DNA of 33,141 nt from Atractiella rhizophila (GCA_021432655.1 MU271600.1:7439-40579), one strand, 5' to 3'. Positions 21,215-33,141 are shown, numbered from the stretch's first letter. Numbers and translations: made by a program. Notes: a model not told the origin generated them from the sequence alone.

Positions 21215-23645
21215 TTACATTCCAGCGGGAGTTGAAGGCTTCACTTCGTGTTCCGCATCGAATTGTCCTGGTGCGGTCCTAGAAACTGGTGCCCTGCTAG
21301 AACTAGGTATGGGAGGATAACTTTGCGGATGTGGTACACGATGGGAGTCCCAGGACGAGTGGTACTCGTAGTGTGAGTTGTCATTTGTCTGATTCGGAGG
21401 AGGATGTGGTCCGCGATGCTTCTCAGTAGGAATGGGAATACCTTCCCTATCCCTCTCAAGTAGAGGAGGGACGTAACGGCTATCGTGAGACGGAGGATAT
21501 GGACGGGGTCGAGGTTGTCGGGAATGAGACGAGCGTTGTTGAGGCGAAACTGACTTCTCCTCAGCGACTTTGGACGAGTCTTGAGCTTGATGAGCCAGTG
21601 GACTGACAGCGCTACGCGATCCTGGCCTGGCATCATCTTTGAATGGACTCGAAGCATGAGCAGGTCGTTCTTTTGGCCGTCCGGGAAGCCTATCTCCCAA
21701 GGGAATGGGACTTGGCGGTCGCATCGCTGCGTCTGTGACATTGAGGGGAGAGACTGAAGGACGAGGCACGTCTCCACCTCTGAAAGAAGTTGAAGGTGCC
21801 GGCCGCACTTCTCTGTCCCTGTAGGTAGAGCCAGAACCAGCAGGCATGTCTCGTGCAGGCGATCGCATTCCGTCGTTAGGAGGAAACGGCGCTCGTCTTC
21901 CATCCCTGATAGAAGCTGGAGGGTGCATAGGCCGCTCATCACCTCTAAACGGGACAGGGGGATGAGACCGCCACTCCTCGTCTTGGAATGGAGGTGGTGG
22001 CCGCGGAGCATGGTCTCTACCCCTAGGATCGTGACGATACGAACCATCGTCATCTCTGAAATCAACTTTTGGCCAGTGTGGTCTTTCAGAATCTCTGAAA
22101 TCATTGCGATGGGGAGGAGCTCGTTCTCCTTCTCTGAAAACAGGAGGCGGCATTGCTTGAGAGCCGTCACGGAAGTCGTCAACAGGGATTCCTCGATCCT
22201 CGTCCTGGAAGGAGCGAACTGGAAGTTGCTCCTCTCTACCAGTGCTAGGAGGACGCAATGGCGGTTCCCTTTCTCTCCATCTATCGTTAGGAGGCATCGG
22301 CCGATCACTCTCTCTGATATTGTCACCCGGTAGTCTTTGGCCTCCCATAAACCCACCAGGAGGTCGGTGCCTCAAACCTCCATGAGGCGGGGCTGATCGT
22401 TCACCTTCTCGGTCATGGAACCTTGTCTCCCTCTCTCTCTCGTCTCTCAGCTCACGGTCAAATTCCCACCCGGGTGCCGCCAACAGTCCAGGTCCACGCG
22501 GCATCAGTCGATGCTCTGCTTCTCTAAAAGAACCAGGAGATCCGCTCCAAGACGGTGCGGGAGGGTACGGCTCCATTCCCCTCCACGTAGGTGGAGGTAT
22601 TGGCCTGTCCCTCTCTCTGCCGTACCAGGAGCCTGGTGGAGCGTACGGGTATCTTTCTTGGGCAGGTGAGAAGTGCGGTGGGCCATAGTGGTGATACGAC
22701 GAGCCGTACCCTTGGTCGTAAGCCCGTTGATCATGAAGAGGGGGAGCGTCTCGTCGCGGCATGGAGTAATAATAGTCACGACGATCTATCGTGGGATCTT
22801 GTGAGAATGGGTGTTGTCTCCGTGCTCTCTTAGAAAGTCTTTCATCTTCGTCGTCGAAGTGCTCTGGCTGTCGCATAGTAGGCCTATCAATTGATCTTGA
22901 TCGAGGTCGTTTCGTCGGTTCATTCGTGCCTAATGCCTTTCTCTCAGCCTAGACTTCACGGGGAACGGAAAACCTACCATGTTCTCCTCGTTGGGGAACA
23001 AGGGGACCTCCATGATTTCTATCATCTTCTACATTCCTCTGTGTCCCTGTTGTTATTACTTCTCCTACTCCTAAAGTTAGCTTTCGTGAAGCTCAACAGC
23101 TCTGGCATAAACACGAACGTCGTCCCGTCGCTGAGATGTTAGGTACTGAGCGCCAATGTCACATGAGCGGCTAGGTAATATGGTGCAAAGAAATATCGTA
23201 CCCTCTTCGAGTACCAGTCTCCTTTCCACATTCCTCCACTCTTTCGTTGGACAAGCACTGCAGTTACACTGATGCGCCATCGCAAAGCTGTCTTCATTTC
23301 TCCTCACTTTATACCTCCGCTTGATCCAGTCCAGCAATGGCTTATCGGCCATGAAAGGTGCTATGAGCTCTTCTTCTTCCATTGTTGCTAGTTCCTCGTT
23401 GTACTGGCCATATGGAACGGTGCGGTACTGAATGAGGTGGTAGGACTTCTCAGAAAGGTTGGGGAGAAGCCTGGACGGATCGATTGGATGTGGAGGAAGA
23501 GGGACGGCGTCGATGTAGTAATGGATTCGCGAGAGATTAGGACGTTGATAGACCGTACACAGGGGCCAATCGAAGCGCTGGTCCGGCGGCCTGTGATGTA
23601 GAGCAATGTCAGGACTTAGAGCGTAGGGGTGTGAACAGTGTGCTG
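21215..23645 (-). CDS. Large hypothetical protein: globular N-terminal region with CNCxxC motif(s) plus a long R/P/D/E-rich repetitive disordered tail (5' end unresolved)
   Basis: ORF 23077-23667 joins ORF 21215-22876 in frame through two small exons (~23120-23146 VPNISATGR; ~22978-23072 RVGEVITTGTQRNVEDDRNHGGPLVPQRGEH) with three phase-1 GT-AG introns. Confidence 0.7.
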
Positions 23646-24363
23646 AGAGGTTGCAAAGCAAGATCAAGGCCTATAGTAGTAAACGATGCCTACTACAGTT
23701 GCACCTCTCTTCCAAGAAAACGTAATGTGAAAAAGCACAGAAGCTGCGCTTGGTTACTCATGGTTCATTAAGGAGGGCATTCAAGACAGACGAACAACGC
23801 CAAAAGGAGGTGAAGGAACAAAGCCAAGGCTCTATCGGGGAAAAACATGGTCATTGAGTCAATGGTTGACTCGAGGAAAGGCAAAAATTAGTTTCTGCGC
23901 ATCAAGTCTTTTGCATCGTTCCATTTATGCCATCTCTAGAACAGTATTGCCTTGGTGAACTTTAGGTCAGTTTTTGTGTTTGGTAGCTGAACCCGTAGTA
24001 CCCTTGTCTGCACGATTGCAGACTGCGCTCCTCATGAACTGCACCGTTGGTGTGTATTACATTAGTTCTGGTCATGACAAGCCAAACTAATACGCCGCCT
24101 CAATTTCTTGGCTTGAAGCTGAGGAAAAGCAGTTGCGCAATAATGGATTGGGTCTGAATGTCTTACAGATCGTCCGCTCTCAATCTCCTTCACGCACAAT
24201 TGGGCTCTCAAACAAAGATGAATGAAAGAACAAGGAAATAGTGAGGAGAGGAGGGCTCCGTCAGAAATGGAAGAGGGAGGAATGCGACATCCAGAAAGGA
24301 TATGAGGAGACGTCCGGGAGATAGGACATAGGATGTTCAAGCCAGCATAAGTTTTCATCCTGC

Positions 24364-24834
24364 TCAAAACAGCAACAAGACTACATCCTGCCTTGTCTGC
24401 TTTGTGTTTGAACACAAAATCAGCCTAACCTCTCGCCGAGGAGCGATTTGGGGATAGGATACTGGTACATAGCAGAAGAAGAAGGAAGAGAGGACGTACC
24501 AAGCCCTATGGTCATCCAAAAGCCACTCCTCATCACTTTCACCGTTGTCTCCCGCCACCTGTCCCTCAGTCGCTTTCACAGCTACTGCGTCATTTCCATC
24601 ACCACCCCGTACGCCCTCCCTCTCTCCTCTCGGCATATAGGTCAGCCCCTTCTCTCTCATCCCGTCGTTCTCGGGCAGAGATGAAACAGCAACGTCCTCG
24701 GGGTCCTCAAACACAATTGTCGTCCCATCCCGTACCAACCGCTCCGCGACATCGTAAGTCGTCCCTGCTTTCGCGTGATTAAGCGGAAGGGAGCCAGAGA
24801 CTGCTGCGTGCTTCATGGTACACCGCGTATCCAT
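24364..24834 (-). CDS. Hypothetical protein exon (acidic); probably spliced after ...DDHRAW
   Basis: Coding-like composition (ERLVRDGTTIVFEDPEDV...ESDEEWLLDDHRAW) ends at a GTACGT donor near 24500. Downstream exons unresolved. Confidence 0.4.
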   Translation of the reverse strand: MDTRCTMKHAAVSGSLPLNHAKAGTTYDVAERLVRDGTTIVFEDPEDVAVSSLPENDGMREKGLTYMPRGEREGVRGGDGNDAVAVKATEGQVAGDNGESDEEWLLDDHRAWYVLSSFFFCYVPVSYPQIAPRREVRLILCSNTKQTRQDVVLLLF

Positions 24835-25410
24835 GGAAAGTCGACATGGGACGTGTTAGTCATTACTGTGGTTCTGGACGCGGGAGGCATACGAGGATGA
24901 TTTTTAAATCTAGGACAGTTTTTGTCGCTCTGCGCCATAAAAATTATTAGCTCACACCACAAAGGGGCCAACAGATGGAGCTGAAAAAACGGAGGAGATG
25001 TTGTGACGCACGCAAATAGGGAAGGCGCTGCCTCTTGCCTCTTCTCAGGCTTCACAACCTTTCCCCCGCCATTTCTCCCTGACGGTTCTGCCTTATTTGC
25101 CATGGTGGATTTTATCCAAATTTCGAGAAAAGGGGTTGTTGAGGAAGGACGGGAACACGATGGACCTTTTGAAGGATCGGTCGGAAGTAAACTCTAGGTT
25201 AACTGAAATTCAAAACTTAAAGGTAGCTGCGCAGCAGCTTCGATCAAATGGTATACAAGATAGGCTTCACTCCGCCGCAGCGTTTTATAAAACATTTATC
25301 TGCCAACCTCAGTATATTGATACGAACATTTTGTCCTGATTAACTAATCTGATCTACGACGCAGATTGCCATTAGCCTAACTCTGATTCCTGGAGGCGAA
25401 AGTACAGAGA

Positions 25411-26903
25411 ATGAGCGAGGTGTTGATCGTCTTCGACTTCGATTGGTCCTTCGTCGACCAGGACACCGATCGCTACGTTTTCGAGGTGCTCTCTCCGGCA
25501 CTCAGGCAGCGACTGAAAAATGACAAGGGTAGCTGGCAGTGGACTGACTTGATGTGAGCGTTCTCAGCTCCTGTCCAACAATAACTTTTCCGGCTACTCC
25601 TCAGCAATTACTCGGCTAATGAACTTAATGTACAGGGCAGATTCACTCCGAAAGTTGCATGAAGAAGGGAAGACGAGGGAAGATATAGAAGGAGCGCTGA
25701 GAGGTATCCCGTTTGTGCGTCCTGCCATGCTTTCCCTCGAAAGACCTTTCTCGATGGCTCAGACCACGTTCCTGTCGAAAATATACTTTTCATTAGAGCA
25801 TTAGAGCAAGAGAGCGGTGCCATTAAGCGCAGACAGAACGTGAGTTCCAGGGAACATAGAATTGCGTTCTTGTCGGCAAATTGCTTGACGCAGTAATCTC
25901 CTCGCCTCCTAGGCTATCCCATATGCCTGGAGAGGATGCTGGAGGTTAGCTTGGTATTACGTCTGGACTCATGCAGATTTCTTTGCCTTAACCCATTGTC
26001 TTCATGCCTACTGCTCTATTCGGTGAATCTATAGTGTTAGAATGTTCCATGAGGCAGACTATGGCGGCGCTCAGTCGTTTTGACCCGAGGATGTTAATGA
26101 TGAGGTTCCGCCTGGTTAGCATGGTCGATCCATTGCACATTATTTCCTTTCCGGCTGATAAGCAGCCTTTTCGTATCACTACTTGCGCGAACCTGATGAA
26201 AGTGACAGCATCCGGCCATGCACCGCGCTGTCCTCAAACTTCAATCCAGCTCGTCACCAAAAGTGCAATTCCTCTGTCTCTCAAACGCCAACAGCGTTTT
26301 CATTGACGTGATCCTTCGCGTTCGTCCGATCCTCTCTCTCCCAAAGCCTCCCGAGTAACCTGTGATTGCCCTAGCATCACAAACTTGATGGTCTTTTTGA
26401 GCGAATCATCACAAACCCAGCAGAGTTCGAAGGCGACCTCCTGAATGTCCGTAGACGCGTTGATCCTAAAGGAGTGCAGCATGAGTGTCGAGTTGGATGC
26501 TCTGCAAATATGTGCAAAGGTAAGACTATCTCACAGCTCTGTTGGTAAAGGTTGATCACTATCGCGCAGGGGAAGAATTGACGCGCTATCTGGAAGAGCA
26601 TGGCGGCGTGGATCGGTGGAGCAAAATTCTCTATGTCGGCGATGGAGCGAATGATTATTGCCCTGTCCTCCGTTTACGACCGTGCGTTTATCCTCTTTAA
26701 CGTTTGCAATTATAGCAAACATCTGATGGGATTGTTCAAGCAGTCAAGATTCAGTCATTTGTCGCAAATACCGAGGATTGGAGAAAGCCATTGCTACGGG
26801 ACCACAGAGGGGATATGAGCTGAAGTGTAAGAAGAGAGATTGGGCCGCTGCTTGGGAGGCCGAGAGGGAGATGTTAAATGAGGTTTTGGCCATCAAACTA
26901 TAA
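25411..26903 (+). CDS. PHOSPHO1/PHOSPHO2-like HAD phosphatase (putative pyridoxal-phosphate/phosphoethanolamine phosphatase); exons 25411-25553, 25636-25714, 26209-26319, 26375-26519, 26570-26681, 26744-26903
   Basis: HAD motif I LIVFDFDWSFVDQDTD, GIPF|HPAM, motif II LSNANSVFI, ITNP, CSANMCKG, motif IV YVGDGANDYCP. All exons join in frame. Confidence 0.92.
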
Positions 26904-26984
26904 AGACATTGAGAAAACGCTATGAGCTATAGAGAATACTGAAACAGTGTTTTTGTCTAGACTACATTTTCATCAAAGCTCTAT

Positions 26985-28598
26985 TCAAGCGTGACCTTCA
27001 ATTTTCAACGGCTTATAAGGCCCTTCGATTCTGTGGCAGTCATAAGCCCTATAACAACACATAAAGAAGCAAACAGCGTACCTTTCCACCTCCTCCTTCG
27101 TCAACACGAAATCCACAGCACCGACCAGGTCTTCCAAGTATTTCACCTTCGTGACACCTACTAATGGAGCCGCCACACCTTTCTTCCCCATGATCCATGC
27201 TAGCGCGACCACAGACATTGAAACGTTGCGCTCTTCTGCGATGGCTTGTACAGCCGAAATAATGGCTTGACCAGCCGCGCCACCGTATTGTTCCTCCAGG
27301 TGAGTGACATAGACTATTCCAATAGAACAAAATCAGATGGAGAATGGACCGATAGGGCAACAATTCACAATCTCCGCTTTGTCTATCACTCTGAGCTTTG
27401 TAAGGGCGTGTGAGGAGGCCCCGACCTGATTCGATTCCGAGAAATATCAATGCCTGCGCTTTTCTAGTAGGAGGATCGCACCTAAAGAACACCAAGGAAT
27501 TGCTCCAACTCCAAGCATGTCGAGCAACGGCAGCATCTCCCTCTCTTCCTCTCTGTACAGAGCCGAATACTGATTTTGCATGCTAATGAACGGCGTAAGG
27601 TTGTTGTTCACTGCCAGACATCGTATTGCCTCAGTTTGTATGTCCACAAGATGAGGAGCAAGAGACAGACGAGCGTAGTTTTGCATGGCGTGAAATTGGT
27701 AGGCATAACATGATGACATGCCGATGTATCTCACCCATCCTATCATCACGCTCTCTTAGCTATTACACAACAGGAGCAGAAGTTGAATTGCACGCACCTT
27801 GCTGTACCACAAAATGGAGCGCTTGCATCGTTTCAGAGATTGGAGTGAAAGGGTCAAATCTGTGGACTTTACATCATCAACGCATCAGAACCCGATTTAC
27901 AATTGAGAGGAATCATACTCTGAAGCAGATCGATATAGTCGGTTTGCAGCCTCTCGAGCGAGGCTTTCACAGAATTGATGATGTTATTCCTCGACGCTCC
28001 GTATCGGCTTCCGATGGAAATCAGGCACCGCCGTAAATACAGAGGACGCGACATACTTCGCATATCCTAACGCATCCAGTTCGTCGAAAGTATGAAGCCA
28101 CGTTTGAAAGTCTGGAGTGTCTCCAACCGCAAACCAGGTTTTCGTCATGATCACGACCTTTTCTCGGGGGACGTTCAGCTCCTTGATAGCCTTGCCGAGA
28201 ATAACTTCAGATTCGCCATTCGAATAGGCTACATAACACCGTTCGCGTTAGTCAAAAGTGAAGAGGACGGAGACTGGACGGACTGTTAGCCGTGTCGAAA
28301 GTGTTGATGCCCAACCTGTATGCTTCCTTGATGTGCTTTATTCCCTCTTCTTCCGGCAGGACCCAGTCGCCCCCTATTTGTTGAAGTAATCAGTAATCTT
28401 CTGTCGATGACCGTGGACGGTAAAACAAGAGGAGAATCGGGGCAGCGCACAGGCTTTGGTTCCATAAGTCATACATCCCAACACAATCTGCGGAAACCGT
28501 CAATACAGAGAAGGGCAAAAGGAAAGGAGACACACCTTGCTAACTTTCAAACCGGACTTCCCGACAGTGACATACTTCATCTTATTCGTGCTTTCCAT
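26985..28598 (-). CDS. Aldo-keto reductase (aryl-alcohol dehydrogenase/YajO-like), multi-exon
   Basis: MKYVTVGKSGLKVSK, IVLGCMTYG, GINTFDTAN, YSNGESEVILGKAI, VIMTK, SLERLQTDYIDLLQ, HRFDP, VRYIGMSSCYAYQFHAMQNYA, FISMQNQYSALYREEEREM, PLVGVTK. The catalytic D-Y-K-H tetrad is present. Confidence 0.95.
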
Positions 28599-30292
28599 TC
28601 TGAACTAGGAGTACTCGACAATGCTTAGGGGGTGGATGCTGTCGCTGCTTGCAAGTAAAAGGGAGAAACCACGTCTTCTTATATCCTGCCATCCCAAATC
28701 TCTCAGAAATATAGTAGATGCCGTAAAAGATCCATGCGAGGCAGAATGAACCGAGTAAACTCATAAGGTGGGACAGGGGCGTGCGCCGAAGTCGGAATGA
28801 GCTCCACCCGTAGCTGCCTGTTCTTCTACCGACGAAAGACGTTGGTTCGGGACCAAACGCCAATTAGGTGAGATGTATTGTAATACTATGAAGAAGACAG
28901 GAATACGATGCCGACGTTGGACTTTGAGAATTAATTCCAGCCAGTAGGACGGCACCGGCCACAGGCTCGGATGCATGGTGAGCAGAAAGATCTTTGAAAG
29001 AATGGGCGAGTGGAGTGAGTGGAGCGTTGCCTGCGGATGCAATAAAGAAGGTGGCTCCGAATAGTTCGCTCTCAGTACGACATGGTGAGAGACTTTGGGA
29101 AGTTGAATCTGAGCATCTACCATATTGTTTGCCGGACCCCTTCTAGCAGGCGCGTGGAATGATAAATGTTGGGGTAGCATTGACCGTTAATGAACTAATG
29201 CGCCGTTCTGTTGCTCTCCAAATTAGAGATACATGAGAACAGTAAAGGGGTGAACTGTGAGCGTTCATGAGTATCCAAGTCTTGATCATTGAAACCAAGC
29301 GGTGCGCTGTGCTTGACAGCCAAAAACCATCGGGCTAAAATCTGTCCAGCGATAACTCTCACAGTGTCAATGCGAGGTATTTCAACGATTCTCTGGTAGA
29401 AGTATCCAGCTTGGAGGCTCAGAGGAGGGGACAGAAAACACCTGTCCTTGTCTGTGCCTATTTTTCTCGCTGATAATGGCCAATCTGCTTCAGACTGGTA
29501 TGCATAGTTTTGCAACGCTCTACAGTCCTTTCCAAATACCAGATATCATGAGGCAAGATGGACGAGCCTTTCATGGCTACTTTCGCACATTGGGGCGCAT
29601 TCAGGTTTTTTCCGACCGCCACAAACTTACTTCCCGTCATCTATGGTCAACGGTATCCAAATCGCACCGGAAGGCCCTTCAAACAATTTAAGTAGTCTTT
29701 ATAGAACTTCAAACGAACGTCGTGGCTCTTCACCTTCCTTACCGAACACTCTTCCCGCTTTCTAAGCCCCTTCCGTGGTCTTCGATAGCGAAGAAGTATA
29801 TACACCTTTCTGTGACACCACGCAGGCGTCCTTTCAAAGAGATGGAGGCACAGAGACCGGATTTTCATGCTCCTCAGATAGGGGAAGGAGGGTTCAAAGT
29901 GGTAGGCAGCAAAAGTGAGCCTTCGTTTCGTATCTTCTGAATATTCGACTGCATTTCCAAACATATTTGTATTTGGGACATGTCGCGCCTAGTCTACAAA
30001 ATTGTTTGGCAATTCCAGAGAAAACAATTATGTTCGAGACTTAAAACCGTGAAAAAGGTGCTTTTCCTAGTAGAATCTGTGGAACATCGGTTAGGAGACC
30101 TAAACCGCCCTATTCAAATTATCACCGATTGCTCATCGACAGAGCTTCAGTAATACTCGTCGGAGTTTCAATACTTGTGTTGTATGTAGTAGCTGTATCT
30201 ACATTCAACTCTATTACACAGCCAAATATATACTGTGACTGCAACGAATCGGAGTAGTCTAATCGAATCATCTCTGTTCCGTTGGTACTTCA

Positions 30293-31480
30293 GTTTTCAA
30301 AGCGCAAAGATTGACGATTCACACAGCACCAGATCCGAACTGGAAACCGGGACAAGGTCTCTCGTCCGCTTCCTCCTCCACGAGCGAAGAATGGCGAGCT
30401 TTCTCAGCTACAAACCGAGCCCCCTACAAGGTTAGTGTCAACCCTCCTTCCACAAACATGCGGGAAAGCGCATCCCTGATCTGATTCTGGCTTCGCGATG
30501 GCGCCAGGTATTCGACATGCGATCCGGCTCGGAGGAAAGGAGCTTAGCGTATCGACTGTTGATTGGAGGCGTCGTACCACGGCCGATTGCGTTTTGTTCC
30601 ACCGTTGGGGAGGGAGGGAGGGAGAACCTGGCGCCGATGTCTTGTGCGATCTCCCATCTAGCCTTCTTCCTCTTCGAAGCATTATTATTAGTTGGCTAAA
30701 GTCTTTAATGTTGTCGGTTTCGACCCGCCTACTCTCGTCGTGTCTTTTACCACGACGGCCAAAAATGATACTTAGTTCGTCTCCTTTGTTTATCCCTGGC
30801 ACATTCATTAAATGTCGAATGGCATGGACGTGGTACAGTCCGACGTCCCAAAAACACACGCTTGCCAACCTCATCCACTCGAGAGAATGCACGGTATCCA
30901 TAATCTCCCTTCCCTTCGTCGAGGCTGCGAATTACACATCGATCGATGCTCCTCCTGACGTCTCGGAGTGGAAATTGCCCGGTTTGACTCCTGCACCGAG
31001 CGAGATGGTGAAGGCTCCTGGTGTGGCCGAGAGTGCATTCTGGATGGAATGTGTATATGGTAAGCCTCCGCTTCCATCCATCTTCCATCCCTACTACCTC
31101 CCCCCCAACTGGCTTATGTTCGCCTTTTGTTTATCGATGTGATTGCGCGATTGGGACAGATTCGAAACACGAAATCGTCAACGAAGAGGGAAAGTGCACG
31201 GCCACCGCCGCGTTCTTACGCGTGAAGAAGTTTCATATCCGTTCCGACCTCCTCGTAGATGGTGGAAAGAGGGGTGTGGATATAGCCAAGCTGCTTCCGG
31301 TTGCTCGACTTGGAGGTATCGGCTGGGGGTCGACGGGGAGGTGGTTCGAGACTCCGGTCCGTCTTCTCATACCTCTTCTGCTCCTTTTGCTGCCTTGGAT
31401 TGATTCAATGGTTGGTGCAGAGACCGAGATGGGAGGAAGAGAAGGAGCGAGTTGAGGTGGGGTTTCTAAGTTCTCTTTGA
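30293..31480 (+). CDS. Flavin-reductase-like FMN-binding split-barrel protein, multi-exon (start codon not located)
   Basis: HTAPDPNWKPGQG, YRLLIGGVVPRPIAFCSTV...ENLAP, FNVVGFDPP, KHTLANL...ECTVSIIS..FVEAANYTSIDAP..VSEW..GLTPAPS..VKAPGVAESAF.MEC, LLPVARLGGI. Stop at 31478-31480. Confidence 0.9.
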
Positions 31481-31922
31481 GGAATAAGCGGCTCATCGGT
31501 GTTAGGTTAAGGAAGCGTTGGGAGAGGAAAAGAAAAGGCTGATTCAAGAGGCAAAGATATAGCGTAGAGAAATTCAGGACAAAACATCCATAAAGCACCG
31601 TTGATGTAGTAAGTGTTCGTTAGAGTGAGTGCAAGCTGGTACAAGAACATATAGGATTCAAGATGTAATATACGTCTCTGTCGACTCCATAACCCATAAC
31701 CCACGAATCTCAATCCCAATCTCCCACTGCCGAGTAGCATAGTTCGCCCTTTCGGCCTTCTTGCCACTGAAAAGGCAAATTCAACCTTATTGCTGCCCAG
31801 CTCAGCAGTGCCAACTACAACGCCACGACCGCACTTGTCCTTGACCCTTTCGCACTCCAGCAGCTACCCCCAACCCAACCACGCTCAGAAATCACCAAGT
31901 CTGAGAAGAGTACCCAAAAAAT

Positions 31923-33141
31923 ATGGTCCGGTTGTGGACTCCAGTCGCGGCCCTGGCGACGTTCTCAACACTCGTCAACGCTTTTTATCTTCCAGGTGCT
32001 GCACCCCACGACTATGACGAGGGAGACCTCGTCCCACTCTACGTATGTTTCTCCTGAACATGTATAGTCCCCACGAAGTTGGATGCCTATCATTGCATGT
32101 TCAGGTGAGGCACATACTGACTTGAGGTTGGAACAGGTCAATTCCCTCACTCCCCTAATCAACAGCGACTCCTCCATCCGCTCCGTGCTCTCATACGACT
32201 ACTACGATCCCAAGCTACACTTCTGTCGACCCAAGAACGGCCCGAAGAAGCAATCGGAATCGCTCGGGAGCATCCTCTTTGGAGACAGAATAGAGAGCTC
32301 CCCTTTTCAGATAAAGATGGGGAAGAACGAGACGTGCAAGCCCTTATGTTTGCAGAGGATCAATTGGAAGGACGCAAAATTTATCAATGATCGAATTAGG
32401 GAGGGATATGCCGTTAATTGGTTCGTCATTTGCACCTACTTTCCCTCTCCATCTTCGCCCCATTCACGAGCAATTGAAACAGGCTAGTCGATGGCCTCCC
32501 CGCCGCGCAGATGAAGAGAGAAGAAAAGACACAGGAAGTCTTCTATTCCACCGGGTTCGAGCTGGGCACGAACACAGACGGTCCCAATCCGTGGTACAAC
32601 AACCACTATGACATCTACCTCCAGTCCGTCCCTCCCTCTTCCCTATTTGCTTTTCCATACAACAACGGTTGAACTGAATTGTACAACGAAAGGTACCACG
32701 TACGCCCAGACGGTAAACGACGAGTCGTGGGCGTCCTCGTCTACCCTCGTTCCGTCAATTCCATGCCCCATGGAGCTCCCACCGCTAATTGTGACCTGAC
32801 GGAACCCTTCAGTTTGGATCAGACAAACAACAATGCGTTTTCGGTGCAAGAGTATGGGATCACTTACAGCGTTTATTGGGCGGTGAGACCCCTCCTTCCT
32901 ACTCTTTTACCCCGACTGCGTCACCCGTCTTAAGCCAAAGATCGATGGACTGACTGCCGTACCATTTGGTGGGGCACAGGAAAGCGCAACGCCTTGGGCA
33001 ACCAGATGGGACAACTATCTCCACATCTTCGACCCAAAGATCCACTTCTTCTCGCTCATAAACTCCATCGTAATCGCCGTCTTCCTCTGTGTCATGGTCG
33101 GCATGATTCTCTTGAGGACCGTCCATCGAGATATCTCTAGA
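31923..33141 (+). CDS. EMP70: Endomembrane protein 70 / TM9SF (nonaspanin) family protein, 5' part (runs off the window)
   Basis: Signal peptide then AFYLPGAAPHDY, VNSLTP, YDYYDPKLHFC.P, ESLGSILFGDRIESSPF, YAVNW.VDGLP, YNNHYDIYL, YSVYW, WATRWDNYLHIFDPKIHFFSLINSIVIAVFL. Confidence 0.93.

Noticed and set aside
21241..22356. 371-aa alternative-frame ORF overlapping the 553-aa ORF
   Set aside because: Most likely a shadow frame of repetitive, biased coding sequence. No motifs. The same applies to antisense ORFs over the P450 and the 2288-3499 gene.
25780..26140. U3 or snR30/U17 snoRNA
   Set aside because: Only loose resemblance (TATACTTTTCA; AATGTTCCAT). The conserved boxes (U3 box A; snR30 AUAUUCCUA and AAACCAU) are not matched.
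26150..26208. TPP riboswitch in the phosphatase intron (GAACCTGAT)
   Set aside because: Lacks CTGAGA and the downstream AAT..C..GCG.AGG elements. CTGAT is better explained as the branch site.
28630..29970. Short ORFs between the AKR and the flavin-binding gene
   Set aside because: Interrupted by stops on both strands with no recognisable motifs. It may be a decayed gene but cannot be supported from sequence alone.

Overview
Eukaryotic, intron-rich fungal DNA. Short GT-AG introns with CTRAY branch sites and the gene content suggest a basidiomycete; this is inferred, not proven. The left half (1-16.3 kb) is an accessory-like region. It holds a local family of intronless F-box/LRR-like genes: one complete copy, one open copy cut by the window edge, and at least three decayed copies on both strands. 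One decayed copy is split by a 1035-bp internally deleted hAT DNA transposon with perfect 17-bp TIRs and an 8-bp TSD. This half also carries a 4-exon cytochrome P450 with an atypical CYP7/CYP8-like I-helix and several orphan genes. The right half is more housekeeping-like: a homeodomain transcription factor, a long R/P/D/E-rich repeat protein, a PHOSPHO1/2-type HAD phosphatase with an unusually long structured intron, an aldo-keto reductase, a flavin-reductase-like FMN-binding protein and the 5' part of an EMP70/TM9SF gene. Exon boundaries were worked out by hand and no database searches were run.
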